Source: a virus
Taxonomy: Duplodnaviria; Caudoviricetes
Direction: 5' to 3' (one strand)
Length of the DNA: 33,272 nt
IMG/VR virus record: IMGVR_UViG_3300012953_005009
Location: 1-33,272 of that record
The notes under the pieces are model-generated. The model was given only the letters and a program-made list of their open reading frames with translations. It did no database searches and was not told where the DNA came from. The translations under genes were made by a program, and so were the position numbers. How positions within the stretch are numbered: the first letter of the stretch is position 1; every line of letters starts with the position of its first letter. Below are positions 32,266 through 33,272 of this stretch, in pieces.

Positions 32266-33272
32266 TTACCGATTCCTCCTTCCAAATCTTCTAGTCTTCT
32301 TTGCTGATGACGAACTGCCGCCCCCACCAGACCCTCCAGAGGAGGATGCGGACACGCTAGGAGACGAACCTCCAGCCGAGGGGGTCGGCGAAGGTGTAGG
32401 TCCACTAGGCGTTGGTGGAGGTGGCTTAGGTGCTGGTGGCGGTGGAGTGGATGGTCGTGCAGCCGCAGCAGCAACAGTTGCAGTTGCCGCAGCCGCCACG
32501 ATAACACGGCGATCTTCAGTATCAATGTTTGAACCCGCAGCAACATAATCGTTATACGCTTCGTCCTCAAATATATTTACTTCTTCTTCAAATTGTTCTT
32601 TTACATCATCGTCGGCGTCGTTAACGGCATCAACGATGATTGCAATAACTTCGTCATTCTCTTCAATAAGGGTTTCAAAAGCATCTTCATCTTCAAACAG
32701 GTCTTCAATTTCTTCTTCGGTGACTTCACCATCTACAATGTCAAGGAAGTCTTCAGCTAATTCTTCATCTAACTCATCAAGGGCTTCAACTATTTTTTCT
32801 TCTGCTTCGTCAATTTCAGAAAGGTCAACATCTTCAATGTCAATACCAAGGTCATTTAATTCTAGGGCTAATTCTTCATCTTCCTCTGAAACCTCAAACT
32901 CTACAAAGAACTCCTCACTAGTAAGTTCTTCACCAGTTTCTTCGTCAATAAATGAAAACTCAACTTCTTCCCCACCAATCAAAACTCTTTCTACAGGAAC
33001 ATCAGGGTCTAGTGGGTCAGGGTCAACGTCATCAGTGAATCCGTCAAAGTCACAGTCAGGTTCCCACAAGCAATCCACTTCATCATTAAATCTTTCTTCT
33101 GCATCAAAAACTCCATCTCCATCAGTGTCAACTGTCAAGAAGGGGAGGTCGGGATCAAGTGGATCAATATCTTGAAAGTCTTCAATCCCATCAAAGTCAC
33201 AGTCAGGGTTCTCAATACATTGTTCAAATTCTTCCTGGTCAAACACAAGGTCGCCATCAGAGTCAACCGTTA
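32266..33272 (-). CDS. Highly acidic protein with DxDGD (thrombospondin type-3-like) repeats and an Ala/Pro/Gly/basic tail; partial, start outside the window
   Basis: Frame is open to the window edge (TVDSDGDLVFDQ...). Two ~45-aa repeats of TVD.DGD.VFD.EE...C...PDCDFDG..D..D.DPLDPD. Confidence 0.85.
   Translation of the reverse strand, partial: TVDSDGDLVFDQEEFEQCIENPDCDFDGIEDFQDIDPLDPDLPFLTVDTDGDGVFDAEERFNDEVDCLWEPDCDFDGFTDDVDPDPLDPDVPVERVLIGGEEVEFSFIDEETGEELTSEEFFVEFEVSEEDEELALELNDLGIDIEDVDLSEIDEAEEKIVEALDELDEELAEDFLDIVDGEVTEEEIEDLFEDEDAFETLIEENDEVIAIIVDAVNDADDDVKEQFEEEVNIFEDEAYNDYVAAGSNIDTEDRRVIVAAAATATVAAAAARPSTPPPPAPKPPPPTPSGPTPSPTPSAGGSSPSVSASSSGGSGGGGSSSSAKKTRRFGRRNR

Noticed and set aside
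32262-33175. ORFs 32262-32570 (-) and 32636-33175 (+)
   Set aside because: They are alternative-frame and antisense shadows of the low-complexity acidic protein.
1-33272. Stop-codon reassignment
   Set aside because: Coding density is high under code 11, and TAA, TAG and TGA all end genes at sensible coupled junctions.

Overview
This window is a 33 kb segment of a tailed dsDNA phage genome with low to moderate GC (roughly 40% by eye). The host is probably an Actinobacterium, inferred from a WhiB gene, an r1t-type holin, an actinophage-type RuvC-like resolvase and leaderless sigma-A-type promoters. From right to left it holds: a membrane/lysis block, recA, a long non-coding gap, whiB, a recombination block (Rad52-like annealase, RecB/Cas4-like nuclease, HNH, RuvC-like), a ParB/PAPS-reductase (IbrAB-like) cluster, DUF932, an L,D-transpeptidase and a divergently oriented terminase large subunit. 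An unusually elaborate head module follows: portal, MuF, HK97-type protease, a 712-aa acidic modular protein and a ~3,640-aa polyvalent protein. No major capsid gene is visible in the window. The main observations are: (1) a likely programmed -1 frameshift fusing portal to MuF; (2) a CCA-adding/poly(A) polymerase-like domain with an altered catalytic motif, plus three HTHs, inside the giant protein; (3) a Cys/His mini-module repeated five times across three head-module proteins; (4) two promoter-delimited non-coding RNA candidates flanking recA that share an 11-nt complementary element; (5) an unannotated 25-aa, 8-Cys metallothionein-like peptide. All family calls come from motif recognition by eye, not from database searches.
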